From a virus (Duplodnaviria; Caudoviricetes): DNA of 28,296 nucleotides. Position numbers and translations under genes: made by a program. Positions 8,689-18,841 of this stretch are shown here, piece after piece (position 1 is the first letter of the stretch; the number at the start of each line of letters is the position of its first letter). The notes under the pieces were generated by a model. The model ran no database searches and had not been told where the DNA came from. It was given only the letters and a program-made list of their open reading frames with translations. The stretch covers positions 1 through 28,296 of the IMG/VR virus record IMGVR_UViG_3300005805_000351; one strand, 5' to 3'.

Positions 8689-11600
8689 ATGTCAGATGAA
8701 CTAGGAATAGTAAACAAACCACCATATTTCGATGATTTTGACGCATCAAAGAACTATGCGAAGATACTGTTTCGTCCAGGTAGAGCAATACAGTCCCGTG
8801 AATTAACACAAATACAGACAACAATACAGCACGGAATAGCGTCTCTTGGAGACAAACTCTTGTCTTCTCCTGTCGTTTCTGGTGGTGATTTTAAGATTTC
8901 TACAGTCAAATACCTTAGATTTTATTCAGACATAGACCCTTCGTTTCTGAAGGGTAAACTTATCATTGTTGGCTCTGGAGGAACAACCCTCAAGGTGCTT
9001 CACCTTGAGACGGCTTCAGACGAGGCACAACCAAACAACTACACCCTTTTCTTTGAATATAAGAGCGGAAGCGAAATGTCTTTTTCTTCTCTTACTCCTT
9101 CATCAAATCTTTCCATTGGAACAATAGTTGTTGATGAAGCAGAATTAGAACAGGCAAACTATACAATAACCGTAAGAGGATTCGACACAACAGGCTTGTC
9201 TTCAACAAGCATAACTGGTCTATCCATATATGGAGATGTTCTTCTTGCAAGATTAGGTGAAGGTGTGTTCTATAAAAAGGGATATTTTCTCGTCACCGAT
9301 GAAACGCTGACGCTGCCGCTGTCAACATTGAAGACTACCGAGGGTGGCTATTCATATACAAACTATATTCCTGAATTGCAAAACACAAGAGTTGGTCTAA
9401 AACTTCTTCCAAAGTACATTACTACGGCAGAAGATCCCACCCTTTTCGATCCATCCGCTGGATATTATAATTTTGCTGCACCAGGAGCCGACAGACTCCA
9501 ATTGTTCCCAGAATTGGTTCAGATTTCAGAAAATTCATCTGAAGATGTGATAGAACTTGTTGATATTATTGATGGTGATACAAGAGTTGTAGACCCAATA
9601 CTTGTTCGCCCTACCTCTGAAGGTTTGTTTGATGATGAATGTGGTGGAGATAAAATATTAAAACCATTCATTCTTGATATCATAGGAAATACACTAAATA
9701 TCAATAGCGGCAGAGCAGTTGTGAACTGCACAGATATTGAGATTATAGAAAATCAGACTGTTTCTCTGGTCAAAACCTCAGACAATAAAAGACTGTTCAG
9801 CCAGGCTTTCAATGACCAATGTTTATCTGATGCTATAATTGTTCAGAGCAATGCAGAAAATCCTTTGTTTTCTGGTGTAGCGGGTAGTAATTTTTCCTCT
9901 GTAAATACCAATTACTTTGGTAGTGGTAAGATCCGTAAACTCTTTTCAGATGAAGCGGTTCGTCTTGAAATTGTTAGTTGTGACGGAATCAAGATAGGAT
10001 GCTTGACTGTTCTTGATATTGAAAAGCAAGACAGCACATCGTATAGAATATACTACAATGAATTGCAGTCGTACAGTGCAGAAATTCCTGTAACATCTCT
10101 ATTTGCCGAGGCTTGTCTTTTGTCACTTGACGGAGAACAGGTCTTTTCATTTGGAAGTTCAATTCCTCTTACTTGTTCGGACACCACGCCTGGTGGAGCA
10201 AGAAGACTTGTCTATTCCGTTCCCCGTGGTTCCAATCTCAAATCCATATTCGATGCCGACTACATGATTACAAGGGATTTTATTGGAGATATAAAGACAA
10301 ATATAAGCGTTCCATACTACAGTCCAGACAATCCTTCTTCTTCAACGATTCTTGCCACTGCCGTTGAATTCAACATGGATATTCCCAATGGAGTATTTAA
10401 CGACAGAAGCAGCACTCCAAATGTCGATATGTTTATCTTTTCAATCAACGGAAAGGTTGTGCCTGTAAAGAATGGAACGAATCAGACTCCTTATTTTGTG
10501 AGAAACAGCGACACCAAGGTCACGCTTGTCCTTGACTCTACAACATCTCCAGCAACAGATGAATCTGGAAATCCTCTGACAATTCCAACTGCTGGTAAGT
10601 GCTATATGATTACAAAGGTTCGTTTCCCAGAGAAATCGAGTGGAACCCCTTCTGAGAACATATCTCCAACTCCTATTCCTCATAGAAAGAAGAGACTTCG
10701 TGAAGCCCGTGGTGCATACACCCATGATTTTTCTGTGAATCCATCACTGAGTCTCGGATTCTCCGATGTCTATGTGTTAAAATCGGTAAAGGATGCACTT
10801 GGAGTAGACATTACAAGCAGATTTGTGTTTGACGATGGTCAGAGAAACGACCGCTATGACCATGCATCAATATCTCTTATGAATCCAACAATAGATGATG
10901 CTGGTGAAAAAGAATATACAGTAGAGTTCCGATACTTCCAACACGACCCAATCGCACCAGGATTCTACGGTCCAATCACTATCAATTCATATGGATTCGA
11001 CCAAAATGGTCAAGTCATATCTGGATTCCACGGAACAGATCTGAATGGCGCACAGATGACTCTACGATATGATGAAATTCCTAATTTCTTGGATCGTGTA
11101 AGCGGAGAGGTTGTTTCTCTTGCCGATGCGGTTGATTTCAGAATGATAAGAACAGAAGAGGGTCTGATAGAGAATGGTGAAAACAAGTCATCAATTCTCC
11201 GTGGAAGATGGTTCCCATCTCCTCAGTCTTCTGCGGCGGTTGAGGCAAGTTATAGACTTGATTTGCCAAGAATAGATTTGCTTGTTCTTCGACAAGATGC
11301 TTCGTTTGTTCTTCTTGAGGGAGAGCCAGCCACAAATCCTGTTCCACCAGAATATCCAAAAGACGGATGTGTTATTGCTGAAATCAATGTTCCAGGAACC
11401 GTTGTTTCTTCCGAAGACTTCATTGTTCAAAAACCACCAATAAAAGAAATAGGTCTTCCTGAACTAAATGATATGCAGAGTCGTATAGCAAATCTAGAGA
11501 AGGCTCTTTCTATACAAACACTTGAAAACAAGGCTAGAGTACAGAGTGCTGTTCTTAACAACGAATTCCTTACAGGTATGGTTGTCGATGACTTTGGCGG

Positions 11601-13896
11601 TCATTACATTGGAGATGTCTCAAACGACGAATACAACTGCTCTATGGATTTCTCTCGGGGAACACTCCGTGCTCCATTTAGCACCAAATTTATAGACTTT
11701 GTTCCTAATTACGGTTCTTATTCTTATCCAAAGACAGAAGAATCCGAAGCAAACTATTTTGTGATGGCTCCAAGCACTGGTAACACAAGCGTTATATCAA
11801 ACGATCAGGGAACAAGCGATATCACCGTCAACTCATTCAACACAACCGATTGGCATGGATATCTTTCGTTTGATCGTCCATATCAACTCTGGATAGACCA
11901 AACCACAAAACCAGTGGTAAGAAACAATCTTCGTGGTCAAAATGACGCATGGGAGGCTGGTGGTCAGGCTGTACAGATTCAGACAGAGGACGGAACATCG
12001 ACAAATGTTAGTCGTGTAAATGGATTTGGAACACAATGGGCTTTCTGGAAGAGCATTTGGTTTGGAGATACTCTGCTAGGCAACACAACATTTGAAAAAG
12101 ACAGAGCGTCAGCCAAAGCATTTTCCGATGAAATAACAAATACCGCTCCTGCAAGGTTCTCAAGAAGCATAGACCGTGATGCGCTATTTGCTCCGACAAG
12201 AAAAACCATAGGAAACGGAGGATTCGGTCTTGCCGATGGAAAGACCAACCGTTATGTTGATTCTTCTCTCAGTTTCTTCTCTCCTGAGAATTACATCATA
12301 GTTCGTGGATACGGTTTGAAGCCATCGACTGTGTTCTCTGTTTACTTTGAAAACATGACAATACCTGTTTCTTCTGGAAGAATACTGAATCTTCAAGGCT
12401 CTGTTTTGAGTCAAGTTTCCAGTGATGATAGTGGTAAAGTTGAATTCGTTCTATACATCCCAAATGGTTCTTATATTACAGGAAACAAGGTTGTAAAGAT
12501 TGTTGAAAACACTTCAACAACGAAGCCTTCTTTTGCTTCAGGAATATACAGCAACAATGGAGCAGGATGGAAAGATATCGCAGAATCCGATGATGATACT
12601 GTTGATATGGAATTCTTGCCTATCGGTAGAGGAGATGTTCTTTTGAAGAACGAAAGAACACTTTACTCATCTGAAACTCCTGCAAATGGAATATATCAAA
12701 AGTTCTTTATAGACAGTGGCGACCATCCTTATGGTCTGGTTCTTGACAGAATTGGTGTATACTTCTCCCAATTGGACGAGACTACTCCGATTTCGGTTGA
12801 AATAAGAAAAGTTCGTTCTGGCAGGGTAGATTCTCACAGAATTATAAGAAATTCAAGAGTTGAAATTGTTCCATCTTCTAGTGGATATTCTGATTTTGTA
12901 TTCACCAAACCAGTATATCTTTCGGCAGGAGAATATGCCCTTTGTATAAGAAGCGATTCTGGAAATTATAAAGTTCATGTTTCTCAACGGGGACTTCTTC
13001 GTGTGGATTCCACGGCTTCTGCTCTAGAGGAAGAGAGTTTTGCCTCTTCTGTATTCGGAACAAGTGGATTCTTTGGAGGAAGCGCATTCTCGCAACTAGA
13101 AGACACATCAACAACTCTTCGATTCTATATCAAGAGAAAAGTATTTGCCACTGGTCAAACATCTCAAACCGTATTGTGCAGACCAAATCGTGGTATGTTT
13201 GGAGAAAGAACAATAGGCTCTGAAAGATTCGATCTGCTACACTTTGCCAATGACAATTGGAGGACAACAGTTGGAGATGTTGACTATGAATTGACAACAG
13301 ACAATGGCACATATCCAATCTCGTCAAACACCGACATTGAGGGTTCCGACAGTTTCAATGCCAGTAGTCAAGAACAGGGAATCCGCATAAGGGTCGTCAC
13401 GCAGCGTGATGATGTTTCTCCTATTGTCGATATGAGAAGATTTGGATTGTTGCTGGTGAAAAATCACATATCCAAAACTCTTGATTGTCTACCAAACGAA
13501 ACTCTCAGTTTTGGTGGCTCCAATGGTTCTGCTTTCAAATACATCAGCAGAAGAACAGACATTGCGTTGCCAGCAAATGTACTCCGTTCAACGATTGAGG
13601 GCATGATACCTTCAGACCTTGATGTTCGTATGTTTGCAAAAGTACTATATGAGGGAGAACTGGACTTTGACAACAAGGAGTATATCGAGATGAACCGTAT
13701 ATCTGGAAGTCCATCCATATATCGTGATAGATTTGGAGAGATGGTCTTTGAAATGGATCTAACCGATAGACCTAATAATTTTGTTTCGTTCGCCGTAAAA
13801 TTAATCATTACCTCAAACAACACAGAAACAGCAACTCATAGCATTGGATTCTATCCTGAATTGAGAAATCTAACTGTTGTTTCCTCGGTGAGATAA
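8689..13896 (+). CDS. Large virion structural protein, VrlC/DUF4815-like
   Basis: N-terminal PYFDDFDASKNYAKILFRPGRAIQSRELTQIQ, then YNFAAPGADRL, FVFDDGQRNDRYD, LADAVDFR, RIANLEK..LSIQTLE, GMVVDDF, FKYISRR and a C-terminal PELRNL. This family follows gene 8 in many T4-like phages. Confidence 0.85.
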   Translation: MSDELGIVNKPPYFDDFDASKNYAKILFRPGRAIQSRELTQIQTTIQHGIASLGDKLLSSPVVSGGDFKISTVKYLRFYSDIDPSFLKGKLIIVGSGGTTLKVLHLETASDEAQPNNYTLFFEYKSGSEMSFSSLTPSSNLSIGTIVVDEAELEQANYTITVRGFDTTGLSSTSITGLSIYGDVLLARLGEGVFYKKGYFLVTDETLTLPLSTLKTTEGGYSYTNYIPELQNTRVGLKLLPKYITTAEDPTLFDPSAGYYNFAAPGADRLQLFPELVQISENSSEDVIELVDIIDGDTRVVDPILVRPTSEGLFDDECGGDKILKPFILDIIGNTLNINSGRAVVNCTDIEIIENQTVSLVKTSDNKRLFSQAFNDQCLSDAIIVQSNAENPLFSGVAGSNFSSVNTNYFGSGKIRKLFSDEAVRLEIVSCDGIKIGCLTVLDIEKQDSTSYRIYYNELQSYSAEIPVTSLFAEACLLSLDGEQVFSFGSSIPLTCSDTTPGGARRLVYSVPRGSNLKSIFDADYMITRDFIGDIKTNISVPYYSPDNPSSSTILATAVEFNMDIPNGVFNDRSSTPNVDMFIFSINGKVVPVKNGTNQTPYFVRNSDTKVTLVLDSTTSPATDESGNPLTIPTAGKCYMITKVRFPEKSSGTPSENISPTPIPHRKKRLREARGAYTHDFSVNPSLSLGFSDVYVLKSVKDALGVDITSRFVFDDGQRNDRYDHASISLMNPTIDDAGEKEYTVEFRYFQHDPIAPGFYGPITINSYGFDQNGQVISGFHGTDLNGAQMTLRYDEIPNFLDRVSGEVVSLADAVDFRMIRTEEGLIENGENKSSILRGRWFPSPQSSAAVEASYRLDLPRIDLLVLRQDASFVLLEGEPATNPVPPEYPKDGCVIAEINVPGTVVSSEDFIVQKPPIKEIGLPELNDMQSRIANLEKALSIQTLENKARVQSAVLNNEFLTGMVVDDFGGHYIGDVSNDEYNCSMDFSRGTLRAPFSTKFIDFVPNYGSYSYPKTEESEANYFVMAPSTGNTSVISNDQGTSDITVNSFNTTDWHGYLSFDRPYQLWIDQTTKPVVRNNLRGQNDAWEAGGQAVQIQTEDGTSTNVSRVNGFGTQWAFWKSIWFGDTLLGNTTFEKDRASAKAFSDEITNTAPARFSRSIDRDALFAPTRKTIGNGGFGLADGKTNRYVDSSLSFFSPENYIIVRGYGLKPSTVFSVYFENMTIPVSSGRILNLQGSVLSQVSSDDSGKVEFVLYIPNGSYITGNKVVKIVENTSTTKPSFASGIYSNNGAGWKDIAESDDDTVDMEFLPIGRGDVLLKNERTLYSSETPANGIYQKFFIDSGDHPYGLVLDRIGVYFSQLDETTPISVEIRKVRSGRVDSHRIIRNSRVEIVPSSSGYSDFVFTKPVYLSAGEYALCIRSDSGNYKVHVSQRGLLRVDSTASALEEESFASSVFGTSGFFGGSAFSQLEDTSTTLRFYIKRKVFATGQTSQTVLCRPNRGMFGERTIGSERFDLLHFANDNWRTTVGDVDYELTTDNGTYPISSNTDIEGSDSFNASSQEQGIRIRVVTQRDDVSPIVDMRRFGLLLVKNHISKTLDCLPNETLSFGGSNGSAFKYISRRTDIALPANVLRSTIEGMIPSDLDVRMFAKVLYEGELDFDNKEYIEMNRISGSPSIYRDRFGEMVFEMDLTDRPNNFVSFAVKLIITSNNTETATHSIGFYPELRNLTVVSSVR

Positions 13897-13900
13897 TCTT

Positions 13901-14071
13901 ATGAAATCAAATGACCAAAGAATCTTCATAAGCAAAGACACTGTTGCCTATAACGAGTTTCTTCGCACAAAGGAAAAGAAAAACGATAATAATAGGCGTA
14001 TAGATAGGTTAGAATTGATGATTGAACAATTAGAAAAGAGAATCTCTGCGTTGGAAAGAGTAAAGGAATAG
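13901..14071 (+). CDS. Small coiled-coil protein (56 aa), not in the supplied ORF track
   Basis: Translates as MKSNDQRIFISKDTVAYNEFLRTKEKKNDNNRRIDRLELMIEQLEKRISALERVKE*. Fills the gap with 4-nt spacers on each side and has a C-terminal heptad pattern. Confidence 0.8.
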   Translation: MKSNDQRIFISKDTVAYNEFLRTKEKKNDNNRRIDRLELMIEQLEKRISALERVKE

Positions 14072-14075
14072 TCTA

Positions 14076-17000
14076 ATGTCTTATCCACTACACGAAATCA
14101 AACCATTAAATCTAGGGGATACCTTTCTCACTCTTTACACAAGAGTAAACGATTCTATCACCGTATTAAACGCTATACGCATATACGATATCAATGGAAC
14201 TGGTGGTATTCTTCATAAAAGAAAAATCATTGGACTAGAGCAACCAGATTATCCAACGGCGGCAGAAGTTCTAGAGATAAATTTTGCAAGAACAGGTGCA
14301 AACAACTATGGCTATGGTCTTGGCATTGTTAATCAAACAGGAGTAAACATAGATGTTGGAGAAGGTATAACTTATGGTGTTGCTCTTAGATATCAAGAGA
14401 TGGAGCAGTCTTCTTCATTTGTCGGAACCTGTGGTGGCAATGCCTTTGTCCATGAATACGATCTTGTTGCGGTGGCTGCAACTGGAAGCAGAGGAGATGG
14501 TGCATATCGTCCACTAAAGGTATACGCCAAAGACTCATTGCCCTACAAGATTGACGGTTCGCATAGATTTAGTGGAGATGTTTTCTTTGATGGTTCTCAG
14601 GTTGTTGTCAATGCTGCACAATTGCACATAGACGACAAATTGCTTTTTATAGCATCGGCAGGAAACACAGACAATCCAGAATATACTTCTGGTCTTTCCG
14701 ATAATGCTACTCTTGGCGGGGGTTCCGGAGCAGGATTGCTCATTAAAGGAGCATCAGGTGATAAGTTCTTCACCTATCGTAAGAGCGATGCTATAGGAAA
14801 CTACTACTCTTTCTACTCATCTGAAAATATCGAAACCACAGAGAATAAGGGATTTGTTTCTCCTTACGGACAGTTCAAATTTATAGGAATAAGTGGAAGC
14901 GCACCGGCAATATCGCTAAGAACTGCCGGACAAGATGCGGCAACGGTTCCTACAGGTTGGAAGATGTACCAGTCCGTGACAGGAGATTCCGTTGGCTCTC
15001 TAAAGATTAAAAGAGAGGGAATAACAGACATTGATGCAATAGAGTTGTTTTCAAACTCTGAGGTGAAGATAGGAAACATAAGTTCTGGAACAGCAGGAGA
15101 CGGTAGTTTCAGAACACAGGCAGGAAAATTCAGCATTCCTGGAACAAGAGAAAAGGGAGTTCTCCACCACAGTTGGTTGAACAGAGATGTTGTTGAAATA
15201 AAGGCAACAGCCGATGGAGGAGTGTTTGCCGAGCCTACGGCTTCATTCAAGCCAGGAACGGTACTGACATACAATTCTCTTGGTCAATATAAAAAGGCAA
15301 CTTGGAGTGCCGATCCTTTTGATGGATATAAAGATGCAGAGGTTGTGGGAATCATCGAAAAAATAACAAGCGATGATTACATTCTACAGGTTCCTGTTCA
15401 AGGGGCATCTTACACAACTTCGATATTTTCACAGTTTGAACCTGTTTCGATTGTTGGAAACGGAAAAACAGTCTTTGGTTATGTGTATGAATCTTTGCCC
15501 GCAAGCGGATTGAGCGGAATAAAAGTATTTGTCGATTCTTTCCCTTCTGGAGTCACAGTTGGATCTTTTGCTATAGGCGGTTCTCTATTCGTTGGAGGAG
15601 CAACCCTTAAGGGAAGCGCAGATGATGACATCATTGGTGTGTGTGCCTCCGTTGGAATAACCGTCAACCCCGTGAACTATGCAGTCATAGTAAGACAAGG
15701 AGTATTTGATATACCAGATGTGGGACAAGGTGCAACTGGTTACGATGCTGTTGTTGGTCTGACGGCAGGATATCTCTTCTATCTTGCAGCAACGGGTGGA
15801 GTCACCTACTCCTCTGGAAATCTATTCGATCCAGAAGCATTCTTCTTGGCAAAGGCAACAGTTGCAAAACCATTGTTTATCTACATGGGAAGCGTGGATG
15901 GTAAAAGACAAGGATTGTTCCAGAACTATCAGGGTTTGGGTCTAACCTATTCCATAACTTCTTATCAATCCCAACCAGTATACTACAGTGTTGAAACAGG
16001 GGAACTAAACGATTTTAGTGTGATTGGAGAAGTTTCTGGTCGAAACAAGATTCTTAATTCTGGGTTCGATCTTTGGTCACGACTCGATGTGTTCGGTCAG
16101 ACATATGAAGGAATGGATGGAGGTTTGAACAAAGGCATCACATTCAATAGCAATTCAAGATTACAGTATCCATTCGGTTCTACATATAGCAACGAAGAAC
16201 TGAATGGAACAATAAAGGCTGGTTATATTGCCGATTCATATTTCTTTGACACTTATAATACCGGAAGACAGATAGGGGTAAGCAGATCTCCTGTTAGTTC
16301 TGCTTTGCCTTCAATGCCTTCAGAGCCAAATTATGAATTAGTTTTAACCCAATCTGATCTCCAAAGTGGAGATAAGGCTAGACTGTATTCTGTCATCCCT
16401 GAACATACAAATCTTTCTGACACAGATATGAATTTCTCATTCTTTGCAAAGACCGATGCAAGTTCTCTCCAATTAAAAGTTGGAGTTGCATATGTTTGGG
16501 GTTCTGGTTCAACATATGCAAAGATTACAAACTATCATGCATTTGTTTCCGATGGAGTTGCAACAACGGGTGGAGCATTTGATTTCTACACAGATGGAAT
16601 AACATCTTCTTATGCAAGATACCAATTTGCCTTCTCTTCAGAATCACTTTCATATCCTGGTGCAAGTCTTGGAGCATCGCTTGTTGCTCCGTTCATCGAA
16701 ATAGGTACACTTGATGTAGGAGAATCACTACACCTTACAGGTCTTCAGTTATCCAAAGGAATATCCCCCAAGCCATACGAAAAGCGTCCTCTTGCTTTAG
16801 AAAAGGCAGAATGTGATCGCTTCTTCCAAAATGTGGTAGTAGGCAACGGAGGCTACTATCCAATATTCACTGGATTGTCTGGTCCTAGTATCTTTACAGC
16901 AGTGAATCTACAGACACCTTTTGTTGCTGTTCCACAGGTAGCAAATGCCTTGGATTTAACAATAGAAGGAATAGTAGGTGCAAGTGCCACTGGAGATCCA

Positions 17001-17147
17001 GTAAACATAAGAAAGAATTCTCTTTCCTTGTTTAGAAGCACAGAAGCAATATCATCAACATATCATAGATATTTCGAAACACTCTATTCACTTGATGCAT
17101 CTGGTTTTTCCGGAACCGTTGCTTCAAGATTGACAGGATTGGCTTGA
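14076..17147 (+). CDS. Multidomain tail fibre / baseplate appendage protein
   Basis: N-terminal attachment-type motif LGDTFLTLYTRVND, then LHIDDKLLFIA, and a C-terminal domain GRNKILNSGFDLWSR...YIADSY...TGLQLSKG...PYEKRPLALEKAECDRFFQ common in phage fibre proteins. Confidence 0.7.
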   Translation: MSYPLHEIKPLNLGDTFLTLYTRVNDSITVLNAIRIYDINGTGGILHKRKIIGLEQPDYPTAAEVLEINFARTGANNYGYGLGIVNQTGVNIDVGEGITYGVALRYQEMEQSSSFVGTCGGNAFVHEYDLVAVAATGSRGDGAYRPLKVYAKDSLPYKIDGSHRFSGDVFFDGSQVVVNAAQLHIDDKLLFIASAGNTDNPEYTSGLSDNATLGGGSGAGLLIKGASGDKFFTYRKSDAIGNYYSFYSSENIETTENKGFVSPYGQFKFIGISGSAPAISLRTAGQDAATVPTGWKMYQSVTGDSVGSLKIKREGITDIDAIELFSNSEVKIGNISSGTAGDGSFRTQAGKFSIPGTREKGVLHHSWLNRDVVEIKATADGGVFAEPTASFKPGTVLTYNSLGQYKKATWSADPFDGYKDAEVVGIIEKITSDDYILQVPVQGASYTTSIFSQFEPVSIVGNGKTVFGYVYESLPASGLSGIKVFVDSFPSGVTVGSFAIGGSLFVGGATLKGSADDDIIGVCASVGITVNPVNYAVIVRQGVFDIPDVGQGATGYDAVVGLTAGYLFYLAATGGVTYSSGNLFDPEAFFLAKATVAKPLFIYMGSVDGKRQGLFQNYQGLGLTYSITSYQSQPVYYSVETGELNDFSVIGEVSGRNKILNSGFDLWSRLDVFGQTYEGMDGGLNKGITFNSNSRLQYPFGSTYSNEELNGTIKAGYIADSYFFDTYNTGRQIGVSRSPVSSALPSMPSEPNYELVLTQSDLQSGDKARLYSVIPEHTNLSDTDMNFSFFAKTDASSLQLKVGVAYVWGSGSTYAKITNYHAFVSDGVATTGGAFDFYTDGITSSYARYQFAFSSESLSYPGASLGASLVAPFIEIGTLDVGESLHLTGLQLSKGISPKPYEKRPLALEKAECDRFFQNVVVGNGGYYPIFTGLSGPSIFTAVNLQTPFVAVPQVANALDLTIEGIVGASATGDPVNIRKNSLSLFRSTEAISSTYHRYFETLYSLDASGFSGTVASRLTGLA

Positions 17148-17159
17148 AGGAGAACATAG

Positions 17160-18830
17160 ATGTCAACGACAAGAATTTTCGGAAACAATCCATTTGAGGT
17201 ATACCTCAAGCCAACAAACAAGATAACTGTTTTAGAAACAGGTGTTGAAACTGGTGTCAAAAAAGGCTCTATTGTTGCCTACAAAAAAGACAACACCGGT
17301 ACCCTTATATTGGCTCGGGCAGATGCATCCAAAAGAGAATTATCTTCTGTTCTTGGAGTGGTCACAGATGTTAGCAATGGAAAATACACTGTTGTAACCC
17401 AAGGATTCATAGAAGACGAACCACAAGGAATGACACCAACCATAGGTTCTGGTTCTTTTGGATTTCTCAGTGCCTCCAAGCCAGGAGAATTGACAGATGC
17501 TCCACCTACTGCTTTGGGAACAACAAGAATAGCAGTGGTACAGAAAATCAATGGAGGATTTCTGGTTCTTGGAATACCAGGAATAGTTAATGGGCTTTCA
17601 TATCGTGGATATGTCAATATCTCGGCAATTCAGCCGGTAGGAACAGTTAGTCCATTCATAGGAAGCACAGAATCTGTACCAAAGAACTGGTTGTTGTGTG
17701 ATGGTTCTTATGTGAGTATAGATTCCTATCCAGAATTGTATAGACTTATTGGTTCTATCTACGGTCCGGTTGAAGACGGTCGTTTCAAATTGCCAGACTT
17801 CAGAGGAAGAACACTTGTTGGTGCTGGTGGTGCAGAGAATCTAAGCGCAAGATTTATTGGAGAATTTGGTGGAGAAGAACAACATCAACTTTCTGTTGCA
17901 GAAATGCCAAGCCACAGTCACAAACCAGCAGTTGGCACAAACGAAGGAGTTGACCACTGGTGGGGTGCAGATGACCGCATTGGAGAGCCAAACTTTGACT
18001 ATGATGGTCTACCAACGGCAACAAAACCATCAGACGGATATATTGCTCCATCTTATAAAACGAATACAGTTGGTGGAAACTCACCACACAACAATATGCC
18101 TCCCTATTCTGTTGCAAATTGGATTATTAGAGGTAAGGCAGAATCAGAATTTGCTCTATTGGACATAAATGTAGAAAGTCTTACAAATGTAGACAAAACC
18201 ACTATACCCACTGATGGAGACATGATTCGTTATGATGGGTCAACTTGGAAGTTTGTGAGCAACAAAATTGCAAATTCCAAAGATATGCAAATTGCCGATG
18301 ATGTTTCTGAAGGAGATTTCGTGGTTGCCGCCGTAGACTCGGAGGGAACTCTTACAGGATTTAAGACTGTCGCTCCTTCAGGAGCAAATATAATAATTGG
18401 TGCACCAAATGATATTGGTTCTATAGCCACTTTCCCCAAAGAGCACAAAAATGGAGCACCAAGACCCTCTCCATTGCAGATAAAATTAGGAAGTTCGGTC
18501 GAATCACCGTCTGGTAGAAAGGGTCTTGTTCATATTGTTGGAACTCTTGAAATAGAAGCAACAAAGGGAACAGTGAGTGGTGAAGTGAATGTAAATCTCA
18601 TAGGATACAAAAATGCCGCTAATGAAGTAGAGGATACCATCACCATCCCACACTATGTTCAGGGAGATATAGAGAGAATAAAGATTCCATTTTATGCAGT
18701 TGTGGCAGCAAGAACATTTACAAGTTCCGGACAAGTCTACTATAAGTTCTCTTATTATCTTTCTACGGAAACTGGTTCGCAATTCAAACCAAATAAATTG
18801 ACCATAAATAATCTGAAGTTTGTCTACTGA
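17160..18830 (+). CDS. Tail collar domain fibre protein (short-tail-fibre gp12-like)
   Basis: Collar motif PVGTVSPF...PKNWLLCDGS...YPELYRLIGSIYG...FKLPDFRGR, followed by GGEEQHQLSVAEMPSHSH and HNNMPPYSVANWIIR. Confidence 0.85.
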   Translation: MSTTRIFGNNPFEVYLKPTNKITVLETGVETGVKKGSIVAYKKDNTGTLILARADASKRELSSVLGVVTDVSNGKYTVVTQGFIEDEPQGMTPTIGSGSFGFLSASKPGELTDAPPTALGTTRIAVVQKINGGFLVLGIPGIVNGLSYRGYVNISAIQPVGTVSPFIGSTESVPKNWLLCDGSYVSIDSYPELYRLIGSIYGPVEDGRFKLPDFRGRTLVGAGGAENLSARFIGEFGGEEQHQLSVAEMPSHSHKPAVGTNEGVDHWWGADDRIGEPNFDYDGLPTATKPSDGYIAPSYKTNTVGGNSPHNNMPPYSVANWIIRGKAESEFALLDINVESLTNVDKTTIPTDGDMIRYDGSTWKFVSNKIANSKDMQIADDVSEGDFVVAAVDSEGTLTGFKTVAPSGANIIIGAPNDIGSIATFPKEHKNGAPRPSPLQIKLGSSVESPSGRKGLVHIVGTLEIEATKGTVSGEVNVNLIGYKNAANEVEDTITIPHYVQGDIERIKIPFYAVVAARTFTSSGQVYYKFSYYLSTETGSQFKPNKLTINNLKFVY

Positions 18831-18841
18831 TTGGAGAAGAG

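Noticed and set aside
8267-8824. 185-aa minus-strand ORF
   Set aside because: It overlaps conserved gp8 and VrlC-like coding sequence, and its composition is not gene-like.
2497-18810. ATAAATA matches at 2497-2503, 6454-6460 and 18804-18810 as T4-type late promoters
   Set aside because: All lie inside coding sequence and are expected by chance in AT-rich DNA. The 18804 copy, about 30 nt before a start, cannot be fully excluded.
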